A stretch of DNA of 64,000 nucleotides from Paraspadella gotoi (Eukaryota; Animalia; Chaetognatha). The notes under the pieces were generated by a model. The model saw only the letters and a list, made by a program, of their open reading frames with translations. It had not been told where the DNA came from and did not search any database. Positions 32,521-46,200 of this stretch are shown piece by piece. A program made the position numbers and the translations under genes. Within the stretch, counting starts at the first letter, position 1. Each line of letters begins with the position of its first letter. Location: positions 14,935,694 through 14,999,693 of the forward strand of contig CM119267.1 in assembly GCA_051294375.1 (NCBI GenBank), written 5' to 3'.

Positions 32521-35500
32521 GCAGAGGGAAGGGTCGTTAGGACTGTGGATGGAGACACTTACGCCTGGGATGGGTGTTCCCCCTCTGAAGGCCAATGGAT
32601 TTGGCCTGACGATGGTGGATGTGAGGCGAAGTGGAGATATACCGCCACAAAATGATATTTTGTGTTTCCACATGAGTCGGTGAAAAAGCTGGTAAAAAAG
32701 ACAGACAAGACAGAACGAGAGAGAGAGAGAAGGCAGAGAGAGAGAAGAGAGAGAGAGAGGTAAAGAGAGAAAGAGAGAGAGAGAGAGAGAGTGAAGCGAG
32801 TGAGAGAAAGAGAAAGTGAAAGTTGGAGGAAGAAGTTTTAACGCGACTTTACGTCAAAAAAAAAGGAATCAATGATGGGAACTTTTTTTCGGCAATGTTT
32901 TGGCAAAATGTCAGCCAGAACGGGAGAACCAGAGTGGACCACGTTTTTCCGATGCCAAATTCAACGAGAGTGAAAAGTGAAAAAATGAATAAGGAGACGT
33001 AGAAATGTTCCTTTTTAGCGCAAGGGGTTTTCAAATAAGGGGCGGAAGAGACAGTCGGAAAGCGAGAAAAAATTTTTTATGTTCTGACGAAAACAAGAAA
33101 TTAACAAAGCACGAACTTCGGCCTTGGCTAAGTGATCAGCAAACATTTCATGGCTTGGTTGATTTATGAAAAAGGAAACCAATGATCACTGAGTAGGAGA
33201 AATTATCAAAAGACCTTTTACGTCTGCCAAAACCGGAACCCTTTAATCTTAACAAGTTTGGTGCCTAATATCGATACAGATGTTCCGATAAAGTCTGAAA
33301 ACGCACAAAACAAACAGCTTTCCCTCTCCCTCGTATTTTTCGCTCGTAAATATCAGTTACTTTCATCCGAGGCAGAAAAGAAAACTCCCGTCAATCCGAA
33401 CAAAAGCGAGAAAAATTAAAAAAAAATTTTTAATCTGAAACATTTTGGAGAAAAGCCTTTTTGCCCCCCGACAGTGCAGCGAAAGGAGTGAGTCAGAGCT
33501 ACGGGAGTTCGGGGAGTGTACAAGGGGCTTTGTGGGGTGGGGTTCTTCGTTCGGGCGTGGGTGGAGAAAAGCAAAGGGTGGGCGAGGGTCGTGGGTAATC
33601 ACGGATCAATGAACTTCAGGTGTTTTTTTTGTTCCCCTCTACTCCCCTCCGCAACATAATACTCTCGTAATAACAACGAAACGAAATGAAATCGCTTAGA
33701 CTTTGAGGTAGATTTGATCACTTTGGTTCGGTTTAAAAAAGAAAAAACTTATACTAGTAAGAAGAAGATATATAGAAGAAGATAGAAAAGAATTTTAAAA
33801 GTGGAGGAAGGAAGAGGAAAGAAAAGACATGTAAGAATTGAAAGGTAACACCTCTTGGTAGCTGAAAGAAAGGAAAAAAAGCATGGAGGAAGGTTTTTGG
33901 AAATAGCAAGGCAAGGGAAGAGAGAAAAGATAAAGAATTGAGAGAAGGAGAAAGAGCAAAGAAAAAAGAAAGGTCGAAGCGGTGAAAGAAGCAAGAATTC
34001 GTTTCCGGGGAAGAAGATTCATAAACCGGAGTGGACTTAAGAACCGGAAATGAGTAGAGCGATTTGGTGTCGAGGAAAAAGGCGGTCGTGGGGGTGGTCC
34101 GGTGGCTGGAGTGGCGGTGGAAAGAGCGCGTAGGAAAGTTGACATATTGGTAGTGAGATCGAAGTGTATTAGGGAAGTGAGGAATAGTTAAAAAAGAAAG
34201 TGAGAGGAATGATTACGAAGGATGTATGAAGTGGTTGGAATCGTAGAGAAGTTGTTGCTCCAAGCGAAGCCATAACTAGTGGTAAGTTAAGGCGTTGCCC
34301 TCGCGGAAGAGGGACGCAGGCGGCCGGTGATTGAACAAAGAAAGTTTTGACGTCAATAGACGACTATGATGGCGCCAGTGGCGGCGAAAACGAGAAATAA
34401 GGATCAAGCAGCCGAAAAGAAGACAAAAAAAACCGAAAGGAACGACGACGACGACGAGACGACGACGACGAACGACGAGACGACGACGACGACGAACGAC
34501 CGTTGAAGTCCGGCGTAAAAACCATTTATTTTTTTGCCTGTGTCTCGCAGTTTCTTGTCGTTTTCGTTTTTATGAGAAATCGTTTCTTGCTTTTTCTTTT
34601 TCGTGCTTTTTTTTAATTTTCTTTAAACTTGTGTATATCCCGATTGATTTTTCATTTTTAAGGGTTTTCTCTTTTTTTTTTCTTCATTCAATTAATATAC
34701 TTTCTTCTTTGGCCATCATTCCTTCATTTCTCTTTTACTATCTTTTTTTTTTTCGCGTATTGACGATTCTAAGATAATTTCAAAGACAGTTAGATTGAAT
34801 GAAGTTTTAAATCTTAACAAAAAAAATTTAAACGCAATTTAAAAAAAAACAACGAAAAGATACAGGTTTATTGTGTCGGTAGGTAAAATTGAATTGGCAA
34901 CTTCCTTTCCCAAAAACCCTAAAATTGTAGAAAAACCAAATTCGCTTACTAGGACCTTAAGAACAATAAAAATAATGAAAACAATTAAAAACGATTATCC
35001 CCCGAATCGACTTTGGTGAATTTCTCTCTAGGACTAAAGAACATGCATACAAAGTTTGGGACCCTTATCAGGGTCAATCCAGTGGAAGAAGGCAGAGATA
35101 TTTTTGCAAAAAAAAACCTTTCTGTTTTATATCTCAGCTGGTATGAGAGGTAAAAAATTTTTGAAAACGGTTTTATGCTAGAGGCAGACCAAAGGTTCAG
35201 GCCATGATGGGAGAAAAAAAATTGCATCATTACTATAAATTAGTTAATAAGGGCCAATCAAAAAGACACAGTCCCCTTAGTAAAACAAGGAAAGAGTCAA
35301 CACGATTGTCCGTCGTCGTTCGTCGTCGTCATTATCGTCAGCGACAGAACGAATCAAATCTCGGTCCGAATTCGAATCAGAAAAGCACGTGATACGAATA
35401 AGATGATATCACGTGACGCGAATGAGGCGCAAGGTGCAGCGCGATGCGTTGATGCCGTTTGATGCCGTTGATGCCCGTTGATGAGGCGAATGCGTCTCAA

Positions 35501-35605
35501 TTCCCCCGCATGCATGAAACTCAAGGATTAGAAGAACGACCAACATCGGGAACTTAGGCAATCCAGCGGCTCTTTATTTACTTATCTCTCTCTTCTCTCT
35601 CTCTT

Positions 35606-35636
<31 letters not shown>

Positions 35637-38600
35637 CCCATCGTCTCTCCTTCTCCAGGCCCCTCTTTCACCGCATTCCACTCTCTCCTCCCTCCTCCAC
35701 CCTTCTATCGACCGGTCTCTCCTCTGCTTCGATTCTCACTCTCTCTCTACTTCCTTCTCAACTTCCGCTGGTCCCGGAGGTTGCTCGGCCGTATGCGGCC
35801 AGAGTCCAGCTACAAGGGCTGGCTCATCAAGAACCGCATTTTCAATCCCAGAAAGAATTGCTGATCGAATGGATTGACTAATTGAGCTTTGGTTTTTAAA
35901 AAAGGAAACTCTTGGTACGGTTTCGTTCGATTTGGTTTTTTTGTTGGTATAATTTAGTTCGCTTTGGTTATATTGTTTAGCAGTTCCTTTTCCTTTTGAA
36001 TAAGTTAAATAAGTTTCTTAGACAAAGCGAAAATTTCTTCCAAATGAAACCAAAAACTTTTTGTAAAAAAAAACAAAAAACAAACAAACAAACAAAGCAA
36101 TACAAGATTAGTTTTCCTCTTTTTTTAAAAAATCCTTGATTCGTCGATGTCATTGTCTAAAGTCCAACTGTTCATGAGTTCGCGAACAGGATAAGAGGCC
36201 AAAACGACGGAAAGTCCGCAGCTGGAAAGGCCAAAGGCTTGACAATTAGTAATGGAGGTCATTATGTCATTATGTTCGTAGCCAATGTTTACTAAATCAT
36301 CGTTATCGTGGTTGTAATCTGTGTGAGTCTTTCGTGCTTATTTTAGTCAAATTAATGAGGAATTATCGGTAAAAAGTTATATTGAAACTAATCTCTATCC
36401 AAGTGAAATAAATACTATCTCATTTCGTGATCTTCGTCCACTGACTGTTGCACTGTTGCTGAATGCTGATGTCTTCATGCATCGCTGACAAAGTCGTCGT
36501 CTTAGTCATCATCGACGTCGTCGTTCATTAATGAGGAAACTCTTTAGATTCTCTCGGTGTTCGCCCCGAGGCCGAACAAGTCACCCTCGCTGATAGAAAA
36601 AGTTCCGCGCAGCTGTGAAGGTCAAATTCGTGACTTTTTTTGTGCCGAAAAGGGGGAACGTTGGGGTCATAGCCCTGGTTGTCGTGGTCATTGATATGGT
36701 GAAATTCTTCGCCGCGATAATATCTTTCACTTGGATGATTCCTAGGATGTCGCTCATCTTTATCAACCAAAACTTCGTCGTCGGCGTCGTCGTCGCCGCT
36801 TGGGCCAATCATCGATCACGTGACACATTTCACAATTCGTTTTCTCACCGTTAATCTGATTAAACGAAATCGAGTGAAATCGAACAAGAAAAAGAGACTT
36901 GGAGTTTAGCGACAGAAATGGGAGATGATGAATTGTCTCCCTCCCCGAAACATCACTCGGAGAGGGCGTTACGGTCGTTCTCTCTCGTCTCTGTCTTCTC
37001 TTTCTCGTCTACTCTTCCGTCGTCGTCGTCTTCTCTCGGTTCTTGAGTCGGTCAGTCATGTGTCTCATCTCTGCTCTCTCTTCTGCTCTCTCTGGTCGAG
37101 GTAATTGGAGCGGAATGTTGAAATACTCTCGGTGCTTAGCAACGGCATCCGCCTTTTTCGAAGTTGAGAGGTGAAGTGGATTTCGAAGTGTACGATGTTC
37201 ATTCGTTCGTTAACTAAGTAAAAAAAAAAACAAAAACCGAACATAAAAAACAAAAGAATTGGAGAGTTGTGTTGTGTAATCATATACGTATGCTTTGATT
37301 CTGTTGTTATTTTGGGAAATTTAAAACCGCCGTCAGGATATCTAGTAATCGCCAGTCGCTTTGTAATCCTCTTCACTGCATTCCACTCGAACCCGGAGAG
37401 GAGGGGGGGGGACGAAGTGATGTTCCAGTTTAGAAACAAATAACGATTGAGACGAAAAGAAACAAAGTCTCCTAATGAAGAAACTAAATAAATATGTAAC
37501 GAAAAAAGTTTCCGGTCATTCGAAGGGTTTTTTTTTTTTTTTTCTCGTCTGACGTCTTTTGTTTTTTTGGTGAAGTTTTTCGCGGATTTGAAGAAAGAAA
37601 AAAAGTCTACTTTGTGACGAGAAAAATCTTTTTGTTTTCCTTTTTTTTATTGGCGATTCACTTAAAGGCAAGAAACAAATAGTTTTTAACTGAAAATTGC
37701 TTGTTTGGTTATGCGTCATAACTTTGTTTATTTAAAATATAGCAATCATTATTTTAAAAGCACCATGTCAGATAGTAATTAAAAAAAAATAATATGAATC
37801 GAATTGTATACAATGTGCAATTTACAAGTTTTCGAGCAGCCGCTGACAACTTTTCTTTATTTTTTCCGACCGCAGAAGCGAAAAAGTCAAAAAAAGAAAT
37901 CGCGACTAAAATTCGCAAAAAACCTTTTTTGCGTCTTTGGCGCCAAATTGCGATCGACGCGCGAAGCTTTTGGCGAGAAATCCCCGACAGTATTTCCTTT
38001 CGGCGATTATTTTAACTCTTACATTCTTTTATATTTCATTAATTTAGTTAATTTTTTAAATTTAATTCCTCAAACGCATTTTTTTTTTCAATGCATAAGT
38101 TTTCCTTCATCGAGGGATTTACGCTCGATCGGTACATGGCCTCGAGAAAAAAAATACTCGAAACCAAATAAACTCACTCTTTCTCCCTCTCTCTCTCNNN
38201 NNNNNNNNNNNNNNNNNNNNNNNNNNNNNNNNNNNNNNNNNNNNNNNNNNNNNNNNNNNNNNNNNNNNNNNNNNNNNNNNNNNNNNNNNNNNNNNNNNNN
38301 NNNNNNNNNNNNNNNNNNNNNNNNNNNNNNNNNNNNNNNNNNNNNNNNNNNNNNNNNNNNNNNNNNNNNNNNNNNNNNNNNNNNNNNNNNNNNNNNNNNN
38401 NNNNNNNNNNNNNNNNNNNNNNNNNNNNNNNNNNNNNNNNNNNNNNNNNNNNNNNNNNNNNNNNNNTTTACACGAACTTTTAAAGGGACTTGTACGCGAA
38501 AAGATTTTTTCACTTTTTTTTCCTCGCTTTCTTTATTTATTGTCTTTTTGGTCATCAACGTCGTCATTGATCGTCGCTTCTTCCGTCGTCGCTATCATCG

Positions 38601-41600
38601 TTGTCGCAGTCATTGTATTTTTGTCATCTATTTCTTTGTCATCAATATCCTGGTTTCGTTATCGTCTTCGCTGACGTCACGAGAAGCGTCGCCTTATTTT
38701 GACGTCGGAGAATCTTTCATCGATCTCTTTATCTTTCCTTTTCTCAACCCAAAAAAAGGGTTAGACTTAGTGGGAGGGTTTTTTCCTCATTTTTCTTTCG
38801 GTTTTTTTTAAGTCGTCGTCGTTGTCGTCGTCGTCTAAACACAACACAATGACGATGACAGAAAATGCATTAAACAGCAGTCAACGTCGCTGTTCATTCT
38901 CAACGTGTTCGCACCTCGCTTCAACGGCCACCACNNNNNNNNNNNNNNNNNNNNNNNNNNNNNNNNNNNNNNNNNNNNNNNNNNNNNNNNNNNNNNNNNN
39001 NNNNNNNNNNNNNNNNNNNNNNNNNNNNNNNNNNNNNNNNNNNNNNNNNNNNNNNNNNNNNNNNNNNNNNNNNNNNNNNNNNNNNNNNNNNNNNNNNNNN
39101 NNNNNNNNNNNNNNNNNNNNNNNNNNNNNNNNNNNNNNNNNNNNNNNNNNNNNNNNNNNNNNNNNNNNNNNNNNNNNNNNNNNNNNNNNNNNNNNNNNNN
39201 NNNNNNNNNNNNNNNNNNNNNNNNNNNNNNNNNNNNNNNNNNNNNNNNNNNNNNNNNNNNNNNNNNNNNNNNNNNNNNNNNNNNNNNNNNNNNNNNNNNN
39301 NNNNNNNNNNNNNNNNNNNNNNNNNNNNNNNNNNNNNNNNNNNNNNNNNNNNNNNNNNNNNNNNNNNNNNNNNNNNNNNNNNNNNNNNNNNNNNNNNNNN
39401 NNNNNNNNNNNNNNNNNNNNNNNNNNNNNNNNNNNNNNNNNNNNNNNNNNNNNNNNNNNNNNNNNNNNNNNNNNNNNNNNNNNNNNNNNNNNNNNNNNNN
39501 NNNNNNNNNNNNNNNNNNNNNNNNNNNNNNNNNNNNNNNNNNNNNNNNNNNNNNNNNNNNNNNNNNNNNNNNNNNNNNNNNNNNNNNNNNNNNNNNNNNN
39601 NNNNNNNNNNNNNNNNNNNNNNNNNNNNNNNNNNNNNNNNNNNNNNNNNNNNNNNNNNNNNNNNNNNNNNNNNNNNNNNNNNNNNNNNNNNNNNNNNNNA
39701 CGGCTTGATTAACTCACCGCCGTAACCTTTTCTTCTATATCACCTAATCGGGCAAAGAAGAAAAGATCAAATTTCTCTTTCTCTCNNNNNNNNNNNNNNN
39801 NNNNNNNNNNNNNNNNNNNNNNNNNNNNNNNNNNNNNNNNNNNNNNNNNNNNNNNNNNNNNNNNNNNNNNNNNNNNNNNNNNNNNNNNNNNNNNNNNNNN
39901 NNNNNNNNNNNNNNNNNNNNNNNNNNNNNNNNNNNNNNNNNNNNNNNNNNNNNNNNNNNNNNNNNNNNNNNNNNNNNNNNNNNNNNNNNNNNNNNNNNNN
40001 NNNNNNNNNNNNNNNNNNNNNNNNNNNNNNNNNNNNNNNNNNNNNNNNNNNNNTTCGTTCCCGCGCTTCTCGTTACGATTGTCTCGTCTGGAAAGTCGAG
40101 TTCGTTTGACAACCTCACCTCTGACTCATCTCCTTTTCCTCACCGCATCGTTTCCTGATTACTTCCTATGACTCTTTTGAGTCTTGAACCTTACTTAATT
40201 CTTTCTTCAATTTCTTAACGTTTAATCATCCAGTTTCAAAATTTTTTTTAATTTTGATTCAGTTCTCACTCTCCTGAAGGTAATTTGGATTTAACCCGTT
40301 AATGATCTCTNNNNNNNNNNNNNNNNNNNNNNNNNNNNNNNNNNNNNNNNNNNNNNNNNNNNNNNNNNNNNNNNNNNNNNNNNNNNNNNNNNNNNNNNNN
40401 NNNNNNNNNNNNNNNNNNNNNNNNNNNNNNNNNNNNNNNNNNNNNNNNNNNNNNNNNNNNNNNNNNNNNNNNNNNNNNNNNNNNNNNNNNNNNNNNNNNN
40501 NNNNNNNNNNNNNNNNNNNNNNNNNNNNNNNNNNNNNNNNNNNNNNNNNNNNNNNTTTTTTTTTTACTTTCTAGAGAATTCGAAAAGAAAGAGTAAACTT
40601 CGTGGGTGCAAACCCACTCCTCGCCCGATGGCTTCGTCGTCGTCGTCGTCGTCGTNNNNNNNNNNNNNNNNNNNNNNNNNCTGGGACGCGCGCCCGAGTC
40701 AATGCTCAGTCGGCCAGCTACCGCTCTAATTTTTCCGCCCTTAATTTTTTATTTATTTTTTTTTTCATTTTTACCCCCCTATTTTTTTTTTTTTAATAGC
40801 CCACGGCCCAGCCGCCCCCCCTACTTTTACCCCCCTGACCCCCACCCCACCCCCCCCCCGACCCCGCACACAAGCCCACCACCCGACCCCTACCCGCCAC
40901 CCAAATTACCTTTTTATAATTAAACTAAAACCCCCCTGGCAATAAAAGGTTTTTTTTAACGTTTTTCAAAGAAAATCCCTAGAATCAAATCGGCGTTGTC
41001 GTCAGAAAGTCACGGCGCCGTTAACGGTGGATCCCGCTCTGGTCTTAAGGTTCCGACGAAAAAGACGATCCTTAGGTGGAGTATATAAAGTAAGTAGAAA
41101 GAAGAAAGAAAGATAAAAGAAGAAGAAAGAAAGAAAGAAAGAAAGAAGAAAGAAAGAAATAAAGTAAGACAGACAGAAAAAGAAAAAGAAAGAAAGAAAA
41201 AGCATCCGATTTTTTTTTCTCGTTTGTTATTTTGTTCGATTTTTATTTTCCCTTCCAGCGTGAAAGGTTCTGCGGACAACGACGACGACGACAACGAGAC
41301 ACAATTACGACGACGAATTGGAAACTTGTCCTTCAACCGTGATGCCGAAGGAAGTCGATGAAAGACGCGAAAATGGATCGGCGATTTTTCGCTGGCGCCT
41401 CCTCGCAATTCCCACGAAATGACGACCAACTTAATGGAAACTCAGAAAAACTTCAATGGTGGAGACGTTTGTTGTTGTTATTGTTATTGTTGTTTGTTGT
41501 TGTATTCTTTTATTTTAAAGGGGACAGAAGAGAAGAGAGGAAACTTCCATTTCTTGTCATGCTTTGTCTATATAAAATAAATTGACATATATTATAATGT

Positions 41601-43030
41601 TAGTTATAATGAAAGAAAAGATCGTTGGATCTCCTCCATTCAAATTAGAGAGGCGACGGAGGGCGCGCCGAAGCCACGGAACACAACCAAACAGCAAACG
41701 GAGTCAACCGCAGCGGATCAAACCGCAGCGGATCAACCGCAGCCGGAACAAACAACAACAACTCGGAGGAAAAGAAGGCGGAGGGAGAAGAGGGAAGAGG
41801 AGGAAGATGAAAATTTTGAAGAAAATGTAATGAGGACGACGACGACGACGATGATGATGACGATGATGACGATTACGATGACACGATAAAGACGCAAATG
41901 ATGACAATGATGACGACGACAACGATCTAAAGAATGCGATTGAAATCGTGTTCGTTTACATAGCGTCGTCGGTTATCGTCTCGGCTTGGTCGCCGGCGGA
42001 CGTCCGACTCCGTTGCTCTTTTATCTCCAAAAGCCGCCAATGATTCTCCAAGGATTTCGTGCAGCCAGGGTGAGAGGTCAGTGGTGAGAGGCCAGTGGTG
42101 AGAGGCCAGTGGTCAGAGAGTCAAGGTTAAAGGGAAGGGAAGAGGGAAGAGGAGCGCGTCCGTGGCTCTTTAGAGATACAGTCATTAGGAACGAGAATGT
42201 AAGAATAGTGGTGACAAAGGGTCGCATGGGCCGAAGGAAATCGTTTTTCCCTCCCCCTCCCTCTAGGCACCAAAATCGCTGGCTTGTTTGTTCGTCAACG
42301 TTGAAGTTCAAGTTAGCTCAAAGCTAGGGTAAGTTCATGTCAATGTCATGTTCATGTCACACTTCAATCGAAAACCTTTACCTCACAGCGTCGATCGATG
42401 AGAAATTGGCAAGATCTTCGACGATAGATCCCGACAAATTTCGTCTCGATTATGGCTGAACATCAATCAGAGTTCATGGACGCCGTCGCCTAAAGATGTC
42501 CTTAGCAAACGAAACGCCCGCCGTTCCTCAAGGAGTTGGGGAATACAACTGGACGCACGGGTTGTTCAGGGGTGGAGGTGGATAGTAAATTGTTGTAAGA
42601 GGGGATAGAAAAGGGCGATAGGAGAAAGTTGAAAAGGGGATACTCAGTTGAAATGGAGTTGGTTGAATTGACTACTTAAAATGAAAGAATGAAGTGAGGG
42701 GGAAATATTGCGGAGAAACGATGAAGGCGGTGAAAAAAAACCAAAGAGCCGAGGATTCTTCTCTCCTGTGAGGAAGAATTCCGAGTCAACGCCGCTCGTC
42801 GGAGGTGGTCGGCTTCTATTTAACCTTTCTTTTTTAATTCGTCGCGTCGTTTGTTTTCAAAAAATAATTTTTTTTCCGAAAGAGCTTTTTACGTTTTTTA
42901 CGTTACTCAACGAGATGTTTTTAACGCGAACCAAAAAGTTGGGAAAAATTAAGCCTTTAAGCGCATCACCGCTTTTCTCTCTTTTCTCTTTCTCTTTCTC
43001 TCCTCTCTCCTCTCTCTCTCTCGTCTCTCT

Positions 43031-43063
<33 letters not shown>

Positions 43064-43229
43064 CTCTCACAACACAGTTGGTCGAGGCGATTTGTCGCGG
43101 CGGCGCCCGGCCGAACATGAAGTGGGTCCAGTTTTTATGGAACTTGAACACTCCGAAAGGCTGCATCAACTTATTTGGGTGATCTATTATTCAATTAGCT
43201 TTGAGAAGCGCAAGTAATGAACTCCTCCT

Positions 43230-46200
43230 CCCTGAAGGTCTCTTCTTCATCGGCGAGAGTGCCTCCTACAGGACATTCCCGCGGAAATGGTCGGAGAGCG
43301 AACGACGGAAGCCAATTTCGGAAGCGGGCAAAGGATCGAGTCGAGATCCGCTCGTAAGTTCGTGCAGAATGATGCGAGTACATAGAAATGGTGAACAAAC
43401 AGGTCGAGCACGCCCACTTATCTCTTTCCTCGCCTATATTCTCTTTAAATCGGCATCTATCAATTATTCTCGCGATTCTCAGGTAAGAGAAGGCACGCGA
43501 CAGAATCGAGCAATGCGCTACGAGGATTGGCTTCGTCATAAAGCCCGGACGCGATTTGGGTAGGATCTAATTGGAACCTCACTTCGACTTCCAAGAAACC
43601 GTCGAGAGTTTTGTTACTAAAGCCCTCCAGCGTCTTAAGGCTTGCGGAACAATTGGCCCTCTGGCCGTTTTTTTCTCACGGGCTTCGTCCGCTCCAACCC
43701 AAACTATTGAACCTACCCATTCAGAGTACGACTGGGACGTGACCGCACCCATTCGAGCCTTACGTTCCTCCGGCCGGGATGAAGATTGGAACATGAATTC
43801 TACTACGACGCCTGCGCAAGTTTGGGGGTCATCCCCTTGCTTCCCCGTTTCTTGAGGTTTTCAGGTCGATGATTAGTTTATGTATTGTGGAACGCATTCG
43901 TCACAAGTATCCACATTTCTTCTTTTTAACTTATACGCGTTTCATTCTTTTTTTTTTTTTATTTAGATGTCAATCATTTACTAAGTCGTTCATTCCATTC
44001 ATTATTCTCTCATTAATTCATAAAATAATTCATTCATTATTCATTCAATTTCATTAAATCATTCATTTTTCCTCCATGCTTCATCTTCCGCATTCCTTCA
44101 AAAACAATAAGTTTTGGCTGTCGACATAGTTTAATCAATCAATCATTTAATCACCCCACAGACAATTGCACAACAACCACTTGTTGGATGCCCCATTACA
44201 ACACTCGGTCAACATCGGCGCCAAAAGCGATCGCCGTCCGATCTTCAGACGGAAGAGTCATACTCTCAACATTTCGGACAACGCGAATTCGGACCTCTGG
44301 GGGCCAGTATATCGCGCAGGTGAGATGGGGGGGAAGGCGGAGGAGGAAGAGCAGGGAAAGAGTTTGGAGGCAGGAGAGATGGAAAGAAGGATAAAGAAAA
44401 AATGTCAGAATTTAATGATGAAAAAAAGCAGAAAAAAAATAATAAAGAAACAAGGAAACAAAAATTAAAAAAACATAAGAAAGAAAGAGAGAAGAAAAAA
44501 GAAAAAAAAGAAACAAAGTAAAAGAATTTTTTTAAAAAGTAACAAAGAAAAAAAAGGATGTATGTCGAAAAAAAATGAAGATAATGTAAGGAAGGAATTA
44601 AAGCTTGTTAGATAGTGCAACCAAGCATCGAAGATAGTGGAGAAAGCCGCACAACATGCCAAATCACTCTCTCTCTCTCAGGCGATGAGAGAGAACCAAA
44701 CTATCGAAGACCTCGACGTGTCCCGACAACCGAATTCAGTCTGAAGGCGCCGTCATCTTTTGCACGGTCCTGTAAAGAAACTCCTTCCTCGTCAAGATTA
44801 ATCTCTCGGTGAAATATATTTTGTTTGTTTTGTTTTGTTTTGTTTTTTCTTAATTTTGATTGTTTGGGTATTTAATAAAAGGTGTTAGTAATTGGATATA
44901 TCCAGTATTTTTTATTTTAATTTTCTTTTCTTTTCCTTTTCTTTTCTTTTCTTCTTCTTTTCTTTTTCTTTTCTTTTTTTTTCTTATCGCCCACTATTTC
45001 CTTCCTCAGGAAATCAATCCGCGATCCGAGACGCCCCTATCATAGCACCGTTTAAACTAAGAACACGACGGCTCACCGATTGAATTTGAGTCACAACGAC
45101 TCGGCGACCGGGGCGGGAGCCCATTCTGGGGCCCGGGCGATCAAAGGCGAGGCGCCTGTTGACTGAGTTGACTTGATTAAAAAGTTGACAGTTGTTGAAA
45201 AACGATGGTATTTGTTTCGCTTTCGTTTTCAGTCGAAACAAAATTCTGACAACTTGATCTCGGATGGAATCACTTCAAAGTCGTTCCTTCTTCTTGCTCG
45301 GCGGGATCAAGGAGAAATTTGTGAGAATTTTCTTCGACGCGTTTTTGTAATTGTGTTTCTCCTTATAACTATGCATATGCAATATATAATTAAAACCAAG
45401 TTCTGGTAAATCAACTTTTTTTCGCTCCACCTCTTACGCAAAATCGTTCCAACTCTTTTTCGCCCGTACTCTTCCACTCCTTCCCATTTTCTCTTCCCCT
45501 CTTTCTAATTCCCTCTTTTTCTTCCCCTCTTTCTCTCCTCTCTTTTTCTTCCACTCTTTCTTTCCTCTCTTTTTTTCTCCCCTCTCTCACTTCCCCTCTT
45601 GTTCTTCCCTCTTTCTCTTCCCTTCTTTCTCTTTCCCCTCATTCTCCATCCCCTCCCCTCATTCTCCTCCTTCCCCTCTTTCTCTTACCCCAACTTTCCA
45701 CCGCTCTTCCACCTCCTCTTCCTCTCTATCTCGTCTATCCTCTCTCTCCTCTCTACCCTTCTTCCCGCCTTGATTATTCCCTTCCCCACTCTCCCCTCCC
45801 CCCTTATTCTCCCCTCTCCCCTTCCAAGCAAATCCTAGAGAACTGTCAATCTCGCCTTCAACGTCTGCGCCACGCCGACGCGAACGATGATCTACGAGAT
45901 CATCAGCGACATCGAACTCTCAAGGAGATCAACATCTCGGGGAATCAGTTCACTCCTGAGAACGGGGTCATCTTGGCGGGGGCCTTGAAGGGAACAACGG
46001 GTGAGACGTGAGAAAGAGCCCTGAAGGAATAACGCGCTCTTTTATGCTCACGAACATCGATTGTCCAAAAGTAAATTAGGATTCTCAATATCTGTGTTTT
46101 CGTATTTCTACGATCGATACTCAATTGATACCGGCGTTGATCTTTCACACGGATGTTTGAAGAACAGCTTCTTAATACTGGTGTAACGAGTCCACAAAGA

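Larger units (their letters stand above)
31870..32649 (-). mobile_element. Non-autonomous LTR-like (TRIM/retrozyme-like) insertion with 4-bp TSD
   Basis: Direct repeats 31870-32129 and 32376-32649, both TATGGC...CCGCCACA on +. Internal region is 246 bp with no convincing ORF. AAAT on both sides (31866-31869, 32650-32653). Absent from the homologous position (~24675) in copy 1. GC-richer than the flanks. Confidence 0.85.
30835..36015 (-). repeat. Copy 2 (inverted, indel-rich) of the duplication, carrying a 780-bp insertion
   Basis: Reverse complement of 21482-25634 with many scattered 1-bp indels. Confidence 0.9.

Noticed and set aside
32600-32640. Possible plus-strand hammerhead (CTGACGA...GAAG) making the element ambisense
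   Set aside because: No GAAA, no convincing stems II/III, and the motif is not preserved in the left repeat.
36528-36854. Three overlapping ORFs of ordinary complexity
   Set aside because: No recognisable domain and no consistent splice partners; cannot choose a frame.
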